Origin: Octopus bimaculoides
Taxonomy: Eukaryota
Direction: 5' to 3'
Assembly: GCF_001194135.2 (NCBI RefSeq)
Contig: NC_068983.1
Span: 43,995,691-44,034,611, forward strand
Length of the DNA: 38,921 nucleotides
The notes under the pieces were generated by a model that was not told the DNA's origin, did no database searches, and was given only the letters and a program-made list of their open reading frames with translations. Shown one piece after another: positions 9,995 to 21,243 of this stretch (position 1 is its first letter; each line of letters opens with the position of its first letter). The position numbers and the translations under genes are program-made.

Positions 9995-10785
9995 TATGCG
10001 ACGGTCTTCCACAGTTTCCGTCTGCCAAATTGACTCACTAGGCATTGATTAGTCCAGGGCCACTAACTCGGGTACGAAATTTACTTAGTGGGGCGCAAAC
10101 CCAGACCCCAAATTTTTTTTACAAATAAGGTCATGTTCTTTTTTATTCCCTCCGCCTTAGCGAAGGCAGAAGTATTGTTTTCAGTCGCATTTGTTTGTTT
10201 GTTTATTTGTTTGTTTGTCCGTGAACAAGAACCGCTGGATGGATTCGGATGAAACTTTCACGGATGTTTGGCTTCGTGACTGGCACAAACTGATTAGATT
10301 TTGGAATCAATCCGGTACCGGACAAGGATTTCTGGATTATTTTTCCGTTTTTTTTTTTTTTTAACTTAATTTTTGAGAGTGGTCAGGTTCATTTTTAGTA
10401 TTCTCGTTTGTGAGAGCAGTCGAGTTTATTTTAGATATTCTTATTTTAAATATCATCTCCGGCTAATTGTTGAGAGGACGTTGGTGCTGCCTTGGCGGAG
10501 GTTTGCGGTCTCTGAGCCCTCGTGTTTATTTGTGTTCTCTGTTCTTTGAGAAGAAACCTAATTCAAGCTACCTTTTACAGATTACTTTTTACTCGCTGTT
10601 TTCTGAACCTGAGAAAAGTAAGTAGGGGTGCAAATTTTGATTTTGTGCACTTCACGAAAATTTTAGGGGGTGCATGACCAGGGCTGAAGAAGACATTTGT
10701 TGAAGATATCGCATAGTGGGACTGAACTTGACACCACGTGTTGCAAAGCGAGTTTCTTGACCACACAGCCATGCCTTGCACCTGC
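9995..10785 (-). mobile_element. Older A-like SINE split by a ~620-bp insertion (10061-10677)
   Basis: Body half 9995-10060 and head half 10678-10785 rejoin at the direct repeat CCAGGGC (10054-10060, 10678-10684). Confidence 0.65.
10141..10526 (+). mobile_element. Helentron-type non-autonomous element (HINE / DINE-1 / pearl-like)
   Basis: 5' stem-loop TCCGCCTT-AGCG-AAGGCAGA, (GTTT)n tract, subterminal IR CCTCCGCC / GGCGGAGG, short 3' hairpin-like motif, T-rich flanks. Confidence 0.7.
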
Positions 10786-11064
10786 AGCGTAAGCATGTGT
10801 GTGTGTATGTGTGTGTGCATGTGTGTGAATGTGTGTGTATGTGAGTGTGTATGTATGTATTTATGTGTATGCATGTGTGTGTATGTGAGTGTGTATGTGT
10901 GCGTGTATGTGAGTCTGTATGTGTGTGTGTGAGTGTGTGTGTATACATATGCGAGGTCTTCCATACAGTCTCCATCTACCAAATTGACTCACTAGGCATT
11001 GATTAGTGTGTGTGTGTGTGTGCTTGCGCGCGCGTGCTTGAAGTGTGTATGTATGCGCGCGTGC

Positions 11065-11525
11065 TTAGAGTAATGATGGTGTTGTTAGTCGTGATTGCGG
11101 TGGTGAAAGTGGTGTTGGCAGCGATGGCGTGTAGTGATGGTTGTAGTGGCTATGATGATGATGATGATGATGATGACGACGACAATCATGGTGGTGTTGA
11201 TGGTAGTGGTGAGGATGTTGTTGATGGTAATGGTGGGTGAAGGTGTATCTTAAGAAACAATACTTTCTAAAGTGTTGTCCCTTGCTACCAAATGAACAAT
11301 TAACAGTCAACCAACAGAAGTGAGAGAGAATGCGGTGCAGGAGGAGGTAGTGTGGTGATGGAGCGGAAAGAAGAGAGGAGCAAGTGATGCTGGTAGTGGT
11401 GGAGGAGGTAATGATGGTGGTGGCGGCGGTCGAGAAGGCGCTGGTGATGGTGGGGTAAAGCGGTAGCAGAGAGGGTGAAGGCGGTGATCGTAGTCGTCGT
11501 GGTGATGGTGGAGTGGTTGTTGCTT
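11065..11525. repeat. Degenerate (GGT/GAT)n low-complexity array
   Basis: G-rich trinucleotide mosaic including a perfect (GAT)n run. Confidence 0.8.
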
Positions 11526-11725
11526 AGTTCAAGGTGTCAACCTTCCACCAGCACACCTCCGATCAAGGACATTCTAATTGTGACCACTCCATCCTTTTAT
11601 TAATATTTGAGACAATAACGTGTGGTTTAAGTGAAATTTGGCCGTTATTACTAAAATGTCCAGCAACTACGCAGGGGTTCCTGGACTTATTCTTATATAT
11701 ATATATATGTAAGGGTCGACCGTGC

Positions 11726-11773
<48 letters not shown>

Positions 11774-11871
11774 NNNNNNNNNNATATATACATATACATA
11801 TATATACATATACATATACATATATATACATATACATATACATATATACATATACATATACATATATATAC

Positions 11872-12190
11872 ATGACTGGATGTGTGGTAAGTAGCTTGCT
11901 TCCCAACCACATGGTTCCGGGTTCAATCCCACTGCGTGACACCTTGGGCAAAGCCTCGAGCCGACCAAAGCCTTGTGAGTGGATTTGATAGATGGAAACT
12001 GAAAGAAGCCCGTCGTATATATGTATATGTATATGTGTGTGTTTGTGTGTCTGTGTTTGTCCCCCCACCATCGCTTGACAACCTATGGTGGTGTGTTTAC
12101 GTCCCCTTAACTTAGCGGTTCGGCAAAAAGAGACCGATAGAATAAGTATTAGGCTTCCAAAGAATAAGTCCTGGGGTCGATTTGCTCGAC
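11872..12190 (+). mobile_element. SINE family A, ending in an N-gap
   Basis: Head to GGGGTCGATTTGCTCGAC matches consensus. Confidence 0.9.
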
Positions 12191-12693
12191 NNNNNNNNNN
12201 NNNNNNNNNNNNNNNNNNNNNNNNNNNNNNNNNNNNNNNNNNNNNNNNNNNNNNNNNNNNNNNNNNNNNNNNNNATATATATATACCTACATCCATGCAT
12301 ACATACACACGTAATTATTACTACCGTAGCTAGTGAGGTTGGTAGGGACGTTCTGCCCCGAGTGGCACCTTTAAAGGGGCACCACTTTTAGGTCTGCTGT
12401 AGACAATGTGTTTTTTGTGGGGTCCAGGGGTAGTAAACGGAAGGGTCGCCCCATCTATTTTTATGTCTCATTAGGGGATTCTGGAAAATTCTAGAAGGTT
12501 GAATCACTTGATGGCTGAATGTTAATTGGTCAGCTAATTAGGCCTCTCAGATGAAATGATTATTTCTAAGCCATGATCCTTTACTTGGCTACTTCAGCAA
12601 TTCAGTTTCGAATCTGAAACAAACATAAAGACATAGCATCGACTACTTGTTGAATCGTTGAGCACTCTCAGTGATTAAATATCTTGCTTTGAT

Positions 12694-12794
12694 CAGTAAT
12701 GAAACCAAAGTGAGTCCTGTCTGGGGATGGCCCTTGATTTTGCTGACTTTGAACTCCCACCATCATCTCCCTCACCCCACTGGATATGTTTCTG
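12694..12794. mobile_element. Short MITE-like repeat (family J); relatives at 15290-15340 (half) and 18140-18242
   Basis: Shared core GG(A/T)(T/G)G(G/A)CCCTTGA(T/G)TTTGC; the 18140 copy has TIR-like ends CAGTGATGTAGCCAG / CTGGCTACGCTTCAG. Confidence 0.5.
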
Positions 12795-13097
12795 CCTCAG
12801 ACAAGTTAAGATTGTGTCCATCTATGTTTATGAATGTGTCTAACTGCAATATGTTCCCTGGAATGGAGTTAAGCCTCCAAATTTATTCAGGTACTCTGAA
12901 GGTACTTTTCACTATCTGCAGAAGGTACTCTGCAGCTATGTTTCATTTTATCTTTCAAAAATAGATTTTGTTTGTCAGTGATGTATAAAGTGAAGTGACC
13001 ACTTCATTCCTTTGGCCATTTCTGGTCAATTTATACACCAACAGTTGCTATATATATGGTGTAGATAAACGAAAAATTTTCCTGATGATATAATAGA

Positions 13098-13213
13098 ATA
13101 GAAAGAAAGAAAAAAAGAGAAAGGAATGAAGCAAGCAAGCAAGAAAGAAAGAAAGAGAGAGAGAGAAAGAAAGAAGAAAAAAAGAAAGAAAGAAAGAAGG
13201 AAAGAAAGAAGGA

Positions 13214-13256
<43 letters not shown>

Positions 13257-13270
13257 GAAGGAAGGAAGAA
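13098..13270. repeat. (AAAG)n / (AAGG)n microsatellite
   Basis: Visible tandem array. Confidence 0.95.
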
Positions 13271-13285
13271 AATGAGATAGGTATG

Positions 13286-13725
13286 TAGATCGGAACATAT
13301 ACCGTCTGCATGGTTACATGCATGCATACATGGTGTGTGTGTGTGTGTGTGTGTGTGTGCATGTGCATGTTATGTGTGTGTATAAATATGTATGTATTAT
13401 GTATACACACATGCATATAGCCACACACATACACACACACACACACACACAATTACACACACACACATACACACACACACATATACACATGCAGAGGCTC
13501 ATGTTCGAACCACAATTAACATGAACCATTGAAAAATCTGCACGCAAGGTGTTGTGAGTTGGGAAGATGATCTGAATGAACGGGCGTGTCCATAGGATTT
13601 CACGCACGAATGCACACACACACACACACACACACAAAGGAAATACACTCATATACATAGACACATACTGATACGCACAAGCAATGGTAGCCTCTCGTTC
13701 ATCTAAATGCCCGCATGTGTGTATA
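13286..13725 (+). repeat. Old tandem-duplicated block, copy 1 (copy 2 at 16788-17145)
   Basis: Collinear unique segments TAGATCGGAACAT…ACCGTCTGCATGGTT and GAACCATTGA…GAGTTGGGAAGATGATCTGAATGAA…CCATAGGATTT in both copies. Confidence 0.85.
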
Positions 13726-13810
13726 TGTATGTATACGTATGTATATATACGTGCATGTATGTATACACGCACACACATGTACATCAATGTTTTGTCTGTT
13801 AAGCCTACAG

Positions 13811-13852
13811 GAAAGGGAAGTGCCCATGACCTTTGCAATCTCTCCAAGGCTG
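13811..13852 (+). CDS. Candidate 42-nt internal exon (phase 1-1: GKGSAHDLCNLSKA; phase 0 also open)
   Basis: Acceptor TTTTGTCTGTTAAGCCTACAG, consensus donor CTG|GTGAGT, length a multiple of 3, unique sequence. Confidence 0.45.
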
Positions 13853-13933
13853 GTGAGTTTGATGCTGTTAAGGTCCTGTTTAATCTGTTGTAAGCCAACA
13901 CCTGCAGGAAAGACATAAGCAAGGAGGAGGTGA

Positions 13934-14200
13934 CATACCTACACATCTGTACCCCCACCTGCCGACTTTATTTCCCTATAACTTCCAAAAAAATGGAAAT
14001 TTTTTAATGATATATTCTAGGAATACACTTCAGATGGTGTAGATTCTGGTCATATTGGAACTTTTGAAAAAGAAAAAGAAAACAAATTTTGCAGGTGGGG
14101 AAAAGAGTTTCAGAAAATTCACATGAGTTTCCTTTATTTCCCTATAACTTTCAGAAAAATAGGTTCTTTTTATGGAATTTACAACAAATACCTTTCAGAG
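13934..14200. mobile_element. Two direct family F MITE arms
   Basis: TTTATTTCCCTATAACTT(C/T)CA(A/G)AAAAAT occurs twice (about 13968 and 14132). Confidence 0.55.
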
Positions 14201-14201
14201 T

Positions 14202-14505
14202 GTATGAATTACGAGTGGATTTGGTAAACGGAAACTGAAAGAAGCCCATCGTATATATGTGTATATATGTATGTATATGTGTGTCTGTGTGTGAGTGTGT
14301 GTTTGTCCCCCCAACATCGCTTGACAACCGATGCTGGTGTGTCTACATCCCTGTAACTTAGCGGTTTGGCAAAAGATACAGATAGAATAAGCACTAGGCT
14401 TACATAGAATAAGTCCTGAGGTCGATTTGCTCGACTAAAGGCAGTACTCCAGCATGGCCACAGTCAAATGACTGAAACAAGTAAAAGAGTAAAAGAGTAA
14501 AGAGT
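14202..14505 (+). mobile_element. SINE family A, 5'-truncated
   Basis: Body, microsatellite and tail match consensus. Confidence 0.9.
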
Positions 14506-14834
14506 ATATCAGAATTTAATATGAAAAAAGAAAAAAATGGTGAGCACGCACAGATCACAATTTTGGCACATATCACAATTTTGGGGGGGAAATTTCAAGT
14601 TTCATTTTGTAGATATATGTAATGTGTATCAGTATATATGTGTACAAGTCCACCACTTCTTTTGCACATGTCTTTAACCACCACCCTTAAAGGACACAGT
14701 CCAATCTCTAGCTTACAGATGTGCTGTCACCTCTGTCTACTCTCTCCCTCTCTCTCTTTCTCTGTCTCTCTCTCTTTTTATCACTATCATAATGACTTCT
14801 GTCCATCAGAGTTAGTTGCATTTCATACCTTCAC

Positions 14835-15010
14835 CACTCAGGTTTCCCTGACCTGAAAGGTTCCTCCACCTTTCATCACACTTCATGCTTTTCCCTCACT
14901 AATAACTATCCTTAATCCTTCATCCCCAGAAGATCTTCCCAATAAAATCTTTTCCCCCACTTATGTCTTCTCTGCAGATATTAACCTCTTCAACAGTTTA
15001 AACAATACTT
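14835..15010 (+). mobile_element. Highly decayed CR1/L2-type RT core relic
   Basis: SGFP..KGS (cf. SGVPQGS), then EDLPNKIFSPTYVFSADINLF (cf. NDLP…YADD..LF). Confidence 0.3.
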
Positions 15011-15342
15011 TAACAACATCAATCTTACCAGTATCGAAGGGCCTGCAAATATCTACCCCTTCATCAAGGCTCAATGAATAGTTGGGGTTATGGCTATGTC
15101 TATAAACAACTACTCCCAAAATACCCTTTAAAGAGAACTGTAAGGTAACCTACAGTATATATTTCATGTTTTCATTATGTACCACATTTGCGGTCCATTT
15201 TTCCCATTTGTTTAATTCCCAGAAACACATAGTGCCAACTACTTGTTGAGTTGTTGAGCACTCTCAGTGATAAATATCTTGCTTCAATCAATGGCCTAAC
15301 CAAAGTGTGTGCCACTTGGGGTGGCCCTTGAGTTTGCTGATG

Positions 15343-16787
15343 GTGGAAGTTCACCACTCTGTTGTCAATACAACGCTTCAAATGCTTAGGCCATTCATGT
15401 ATTGCAGTATGCACAATATCACCTGGAAAGTTGGTCATTGCAGTAACAAGAAACACTTGAGAGTATCCAAATTTTTGTGTGACTTATCACAAGCCATCCC
15501 CTCCAACTCTGACCACAGTTTGTAACCCAGAGGATTCAAATCCGGACTCCCAGAGAGCTATTCCATTGCCTTCGAGAAGTCAGGAACATTCTGTGAGAGC
15601 CACTCCTGAGTAACCTTGGCTTTGTGTGCTGGGGCTGAGCCCTGTTGGAAGCTCCTTTCTTTGCTATTAAACAAGGATTTCTTAAGGCTCTTAACTTTAC
15701 CCTCTAGGACATCAGTGATGCACATACGAGCCATAGTTTTCATCCTTTTTTCACATAAACAAAGCTCAGTCACCCCTTCATAAGACACACCTCACCAAAC
15801 CATGACTGAGGTAAGGTGATGGCCTCTTTGAACTTAGTGAATGACCTCAGAAGCTTCCTTAGAGCTGTCATTTTGATGGTTGTAGCTTTCCTCTATGGTG
15901 AAAATTTTCTCATCTGTGAAAAGGATGTTTCTATGAGCACCACTTGCATACCAGAGAAGTTGTTTGGATCTTGTCACTCTGATCACTTCCAATGAAGGAG
16001 TTAACATATGTCCTGTACATCCCTAGTTCTTCCCAGATTAATCTAGACATTGATCTGGGTGAAATTTCCATCTCACTAGCTATGACTTTATTGCTTCTTC
16101 AGAGGATTCCTTCAAATTCTGGCTCCAACAGCTTTGACCTTCTGAGGAGTACTCGCAGTGCGAGGACAACCTTCCCTTGGAATAATGTGTTATCCACAAA
16201 TATTTCCTGTCTAGTTTTGTTTTATTGTGAGGTGCTAAGCAATGCAATTGCTCCTTGTTATAAATGCATGAGTTGTAAGGAGAGTATTGTATTTGCATGA
16301 TCAATATAACAGTTGGAGTCTTGAAGTTTACAACTTAATATTTGTACTGTGTTAAGCATTATCTCTATATCAATGAACATTGAGTATAGTGACTTGCTCT
16401 TAGCTAAGATACTCCTGCAGTTATCTCACTAATACTAGGTCATTAGTGGTTCACCAACTTGGCATAAACTGAAGTTGCATGCCACCCAATATAATCTCTT
16501 TATGGTGCAAATCTCTTTGTAGAACATTCTGCTAATTCTAAGTGGTTCAAGCAGTTTGAAAATGATGGCTGCATCGTGACCTGCCTTGTAAAAACCAACA
16601 ACAATTATACGGTTTTCTTTGACATTCCATTCCATTGTTAAATAGGAAAATTAGATCAGTTAATATCTGAAATTCAATGCAGAAGTTTATTAGCTAATGA
16701 CTGATACAAAGGGAAAATATTTTAGGTGCAAAAACCTATGAAAAATTGAAGGAGAAAATTTGTAACAGTATTTATGGCTATACCTGG
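15343..16787 (-). mobile_element. Decayed maT (DD37D, Bmmar1-like) Tc1/mariner transposon; one TIR retained
   Basis: Fragments MEWNVKENRI…, ILFTDEKIFTIE, SYEGVTE.…FQQGSAPAHKAK.TQEWL, IHEWPKHLKRCID; TIR CCAGGTATAGCCATAAATACTGTTACA (16787-16761) flanked by TA at 16788-16789. Confidence 0.88.
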
Positions 16788-17031
16788 TAGATCGGAACAT
16801 ACCGTCTGCATGGTTGCATGCATGCATGCTTACATGTGTGTGTGTGTGTGTGTGTTTGTGTGTGTATGTATTACACACACACATACACACACACACGTTT
16901 GAACCATGAAAAACACGAACCATTGACAAATCTGCAGGCAAGGTGTGGGGAGTTGGGAAGATGATCTGAATGAATGGGTGCATCCATAGGATTTTACGCA
17001 CGAATGCATACACACACACACACGCACACGC

Positions 17032-17063
<32 letters not shown>

Positions 17064-17152
17064 GCAGGATATATATAGACACATGCTGACACTCACTGCC
17101 AAAGTACCCTTTTTTTTTAAATGCACTTGCATGTGTGTATATATATATATAG

Positions 17153-17185
<33 letters not shown>

Positions 17186-17687
17186 NNNNNNNNNNNNNNN
17201 NNNNNNNNNNNNNNNNNNNNNNNNNNNNNNNNNNNNNNNNNNNNNNNNNNNNNNNNNNNNNNNNNNNNNNNNNNNNNNNNNNNNNNNNNNNNNNNNNNNN
17301 NNNNNNNNNNNNNNNNNNNNNNNNNNNNNNNNNNNNNNNNNNNNNNNNNNNNNNNNNNNNNNNNNNNNNNNNNNNNNNNNNNNNNNNNNNNNNNNNNNNN
17401 NNNNNNNNNNNNNNNNNNNNNNNNNNNNNNNNNNNNNNNNNNNNNNNNNNNNNNNNNNNNNNNNNNNNNNNNNNNNNNNNNNNNNNNNNNNNNNNNNNNN
17501 NNNNNNNNNNNNNNNNNNNNNNNNNNNNNNNNNNNNNNNNNNNNNNNNNNNNNNNNNNNNNNNNNNNNNNNNNNNNNNNNNNNNNNNNNNNNNNNNNNNN
17601 NNNNNNNNNNNNNNNNNNNNNNNNNNNNNNNNNNNNNNNNNNNNNNNNNNNNNNNNNNNNNNNNNNNNNNNNNNNNNNNNNNNNNNN

Positions 17688-17803
17688 AGTTCAGTCCCAC
17701 TGCGTGGCATCTTGGGCAAGTATCTTCTTCTGTAGCCTTGGGCCGACCAAAGCATTGTGAGTGGATTTGGTAGACAGAAACTGAAAGAAGCCTGTCGTAT
17801 TTG

Positions 17804-17866
<63 letters not shown>

Positions 17867-18134
17867 CTGTGTTTGTCCCCCCACCATCATTTCGCAACCG
17901 ATGTTGATGTGTTTACATCCCCGTAATTTATCGGTTCTGGTTCGGCAAAAGAGACCGATAGAATAAGTACTAGGCTTACAAAGAATAAGTCCTGAGGTTG
18001 ATTTGTTTGACTAAAGGTGGTGCTCCAGCATNNNNNNNNNNAAGAATAAGTCCTGAGGTTGATTTGTTTGACTAAAGGTGGTGCTCCAGCATGGCCACAG
18101 TCGAATGACTGAAACAAATAAAAGAATAAAAGAA
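17688..18134 (+). mobile_element. SINE family A containing a 10-N gap with an artefactual 51-bp duplication
   Basis: Consensus match; 17981-18031 is identical to 18042-18092. Confidence 0.88.
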
Positions 18135-18249
18135 TATATCAGTGATGTAGCCAGAGTGCGTGCCAACTGAGATGACCCTTGATTTTGCCATCCCCAGGAC
18201 TGCCACCCCCACCTACCCTCACTCCCACTGGCTACGCTTCAGGCTCAGA

Positions 18250-18443
18250 TTTTTATGTTCTGAGTTCAAAATTTCATGAAGGTCAACTTTGCCTTTCATT
18301 ATTTCTGGATCGATAACATTTTTGGAGCAACATGAAATGGTGTGTTTTACTCAAGAGTACAAATGCATCATCCAGTTCAGGAATCAAACCCACAATTTTT
18401 ACGATCATAAGTACAGCACCCTAAGCATTAAGCCTCCATGCAC
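18250..18443. mobile_element. Family B core fragment (+) abutting a family D head fragment (-)
   Basis: GTTCTGAGTTCAAA…GGTCAACTTTGCCTTTCAT, then GAGCAACATGAAATG…CAGGAATCAAACCCACAAT…CAGCACCCTAA. Confidence 0.55.
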
Positions 18444-18444
18444 A

Positions 18445-18869
18445 TATAATTACATATACATACACACACATAATTATGTAAATGTACACACACATACAAC
18501 CATAATTATGTATGTGAGTGTGTGCGTGTGTGTGTACACACATACACATACATGTATATATATATATATATAATTACACACACACACACACATACATATA
18601 TATATACATATATATACACACACATACATATATACACACACATACATATATATATATATATACATACATACACACATAATATATAGATGCATATGTGTAT
18701 ATATATATACATATACACACATATACACACATATTACACATATATACAAGTACATGCATACATACATATACACATACATGCAAACAGACATATATATATA
18801 CATACATACATACATACATACATGCATGCATACATACATACATACATACATACATACATACATACATAC

Positions 18870-18909
<40 letters not shown>

Positions 18910-19120
18910 GTAGGCGGGATATTGTAATAAACACCAGAATACATACCGAAACAGAGGGAAAATTAATTGTATACATTACAAAGCCTGCTGAGTTCATACA
19001 TACATTGTTACATGTATATGTACATATGTGTATATATATGTGTACATGTGTGTTTACGTGAGTGCGCATCTGCATATGTGTAGTGTGTGTGGACATGTGC
19101 AGACAGACAGATACACATAC
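18445..19120. repeat. Compound (CA/TA/CATA)n microsatellite
   Basis: Visible alternating purine-pyrimidine arrays. Confidence 0.92.
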
Positions 19121-19179
19121 ACGTAAATAGTAAATGAAATTGCCATCGGTTCCAATGATGAACAAGCAGTTGTTCAGTC

Positions 19180-19710
19180 AACTGAATTAGTCCATTTGTC
19201 GTGGCCGAAGATGACCAATGGCATCACATCGATAAAGAAGACAGAGCACAGAGTGTCTGGCTGTGACCAATCAGTCCGATGCACACCCAGGAGGCTCTGC
19301 TGTAGGTTGGATACTGAGGGTTTGCTGGGATTGAAGGCAAGGAGTTAGCTCTGGACATATGTAATTTGCCTTTTCCTTGTGCCCCTGCAATCTTGTTCCG
19401 TTCATAGGTGGTGGTACCTCTGTTGGTTCAGTTTCTTGAGGCAGGGAGGTCCTGTACTTGCATGTCCCAGATATCAAGGTTAATCTCAAAGCTCTTCAGT
19501 GTATCCTTGAGGCACATTTTCTGTCCACCTTGCGTGCATGCACCTTCTGCCACTTTGCTATAAAACACTCATTTGGACAGTTGTATGTCAGGTATTCAAA
19601 CAAGGTGGCCTGACCACCTGACTTGCACTCTCCTCAGTAGTGTGTAAATGCTTGCCAGATCAGCTCGAGAGAGGACCTCTATATCTGGGACCTTGTCTTG
19701 CCAGGTGATC
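19180..19710 (-). mobile_element. 5'-truncated RTE-clade (BovB-like) LINE relic
   Basis: ITWQDKVPDIEVLSRA…VRWSGHLV*IPD…K*VFY…GGQK…KDTLK, then one decayed zinc finger (PTYSRA…IGLIGH). Confidence 0.85.
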
Positions 19711-20089
19711 AATAAGTAACTGAATTACTTATTGGTTGAATGTATAAGTGACTGAATATTCCACAGACGCTTGTATACATAACATACCCCTGTGACAGAA
19801 ACAGTATGACACATTATGTGACACAGATACATCATTGTATAACAGGTACAATGACTCCGACAGGCTTCCCAGAGTCATAAGGTTACGATGTCTGCAAACC
19901 ATAAAAAGGATTCAATGTGTTGGATGTGAGAATATTGTGGTTGTATTTCTAGAGTTACTGAGTTCATGAGTATAAAGTGAAAATCAGTTATAGCTTATAT
20001 TCAACCAAATAATCTCAATGTAGCAGAATTGCAATTGGCTGTGAATGAGGAGGTGAGATAACTCAAATAATAACCATTCCTCTGAATAA

Positions 20090-20340
20090 ATATGCCACAA
20101 AGGAAAAGACAATCTGTTTTGCTGTTCTTTCTGCAGACAAGAGGGTGGCTGTATAGACATGTTTCTACCTAAGAAGACATCATCAGCACAGCAGTTGTTC
20201 TACTTTGACTTGAGACAGACATATGATTTAGACATATTAAAAAAAAGTGGGTGGAAGAGACTTATGGACTAGAAGTATTTGCACAATTGAAGCAAAACTG
20301 AAAAGAAATAACTAAGAGTGACCACTGGTGTGATTTTGAA
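20090..20340 (+). mobile_element. Decayed RTE-type RT fragment
   Basis: GCIDMF…FYFDLRQTYD…WKRL (cf. F.DL.KAYD…LW..L), later VTTGV (cf. GVRQG). Confidence 0.35.
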
Positions 20341-20501
20341 CAAAGATGTGGAAAGGTATGCAAAATACCAGAGAAGGCAAATTCTTGATCAATAGGAATC
20401 AACTCTACTTTGAAAGGAAATAAATGAACACCTAGAGGCAATTGCAGCTGATTCCAAGTGAGACGAAGAGTTAATCAACACTCTTAGATTAATATGCCAG
20501 A

Positions 20502-20562
<61 letters not shown>

Positions 20563-20564
20563 GA

Positions 20565-21045
20565 TTCTTTTACTCTTTTACTTGTTTCAGTCATTTGACT
20601 GCGGCCATGCTGGAGCACCGCTTTTAGTTGAGCGAATCGACATCAGGACTTATTCTTTGTAAGCCTAGTACTTATTCTATCGTACTTTTTTGCCAAACCG
20701 CTAAGTTACAGGGACGTAAACACACCAACATCGGTTGTCAAGTGATGTTGAGGGACAAATACAGACACACAAACATACACATACACACACATATATATAC
20801 ATATATATGACGGGCTTCTTTCAGTTTCTGTCTACCAAATCCACTCACAAGGCTTTGGTCAGCCTGAGGCTATAGTAGAAGACACTTGCCCAAGAGGCTG
20901 TAGTAGAAGACACTTGCCTGAGGCTATAATAGAAGACACTTGCCCAAGATGCCACACAGTGGGACTGAACCCAGAACCATGTGGTTTGGAAGCAAGCTTC
21001 CTACCACATAACCACATACAAGCCTCTTATCACACAGCCACATAC
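20565..21045 (-). mobile_element. SINE family A, full length, with an internal triplication (20866-20947)
   Basis: Reverse complement of consensus; unit GAGGCT(A/G)TA(G/A)TAGAAGACACTTGCC occurs three times. Confidence 0.92.
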
Positions 21046-21100
21046 ATTTGTCTACAGCAAGAAATTTTCTCCATGGCAAAAAAACCGTGAATGTTTGTCC

Positions 21101-21243
21101 CCCTGGTACTTATTTTATCAATCCAGAAATGATGAAAGGCAAAGTTGACCTCAGTGGAATTTTGGAGTCAGATCATAAAGTTGGACGGAATACTACTAAA
21201 CATTTTTCCCAGCGCACTAACGATTCTGCTAACTCGCTGCCAT
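21101..21243 (-). mobile_element. SINE family B, 5' half
   Basis: GATGAAAGGCAAAGTTGACCTC…CTAACGATTCTGCTAACTCGCTGCC. Confidence 0.75.

Noticed and set aside
11010-11310. Asp-rich and His-rich ORFs
   Set aside because: Products of (GAT/GGT)n low-complexity DNA, without splice or domain support.
13030-13100. Minus-strand acceptor at 13082
   Set aside because: The pyrimidine tract is just the (AAAG)n microsatellite, and all frames close within about 20 codons.
14950-15150. Strong plus-strand acceptor at 14977 with a donor near 15144
   Set aside because: All three frames hit stop codons, and the segment resembles a decayed RT core.
16690-17890. Long ORFs spanning X runs (also 1211-1966, 5073-5660, 7305-8216, 26333-26966, 32595-33220)
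   Set aside because: Open only because N-gaps contain no stop codons.
17981-18092. 51-bp direct repeat with a spacer
   Set aside because: The spacer is 10 Ns; an assembly overlap inside a SINE, not a biological or CRISPR-like repeat.
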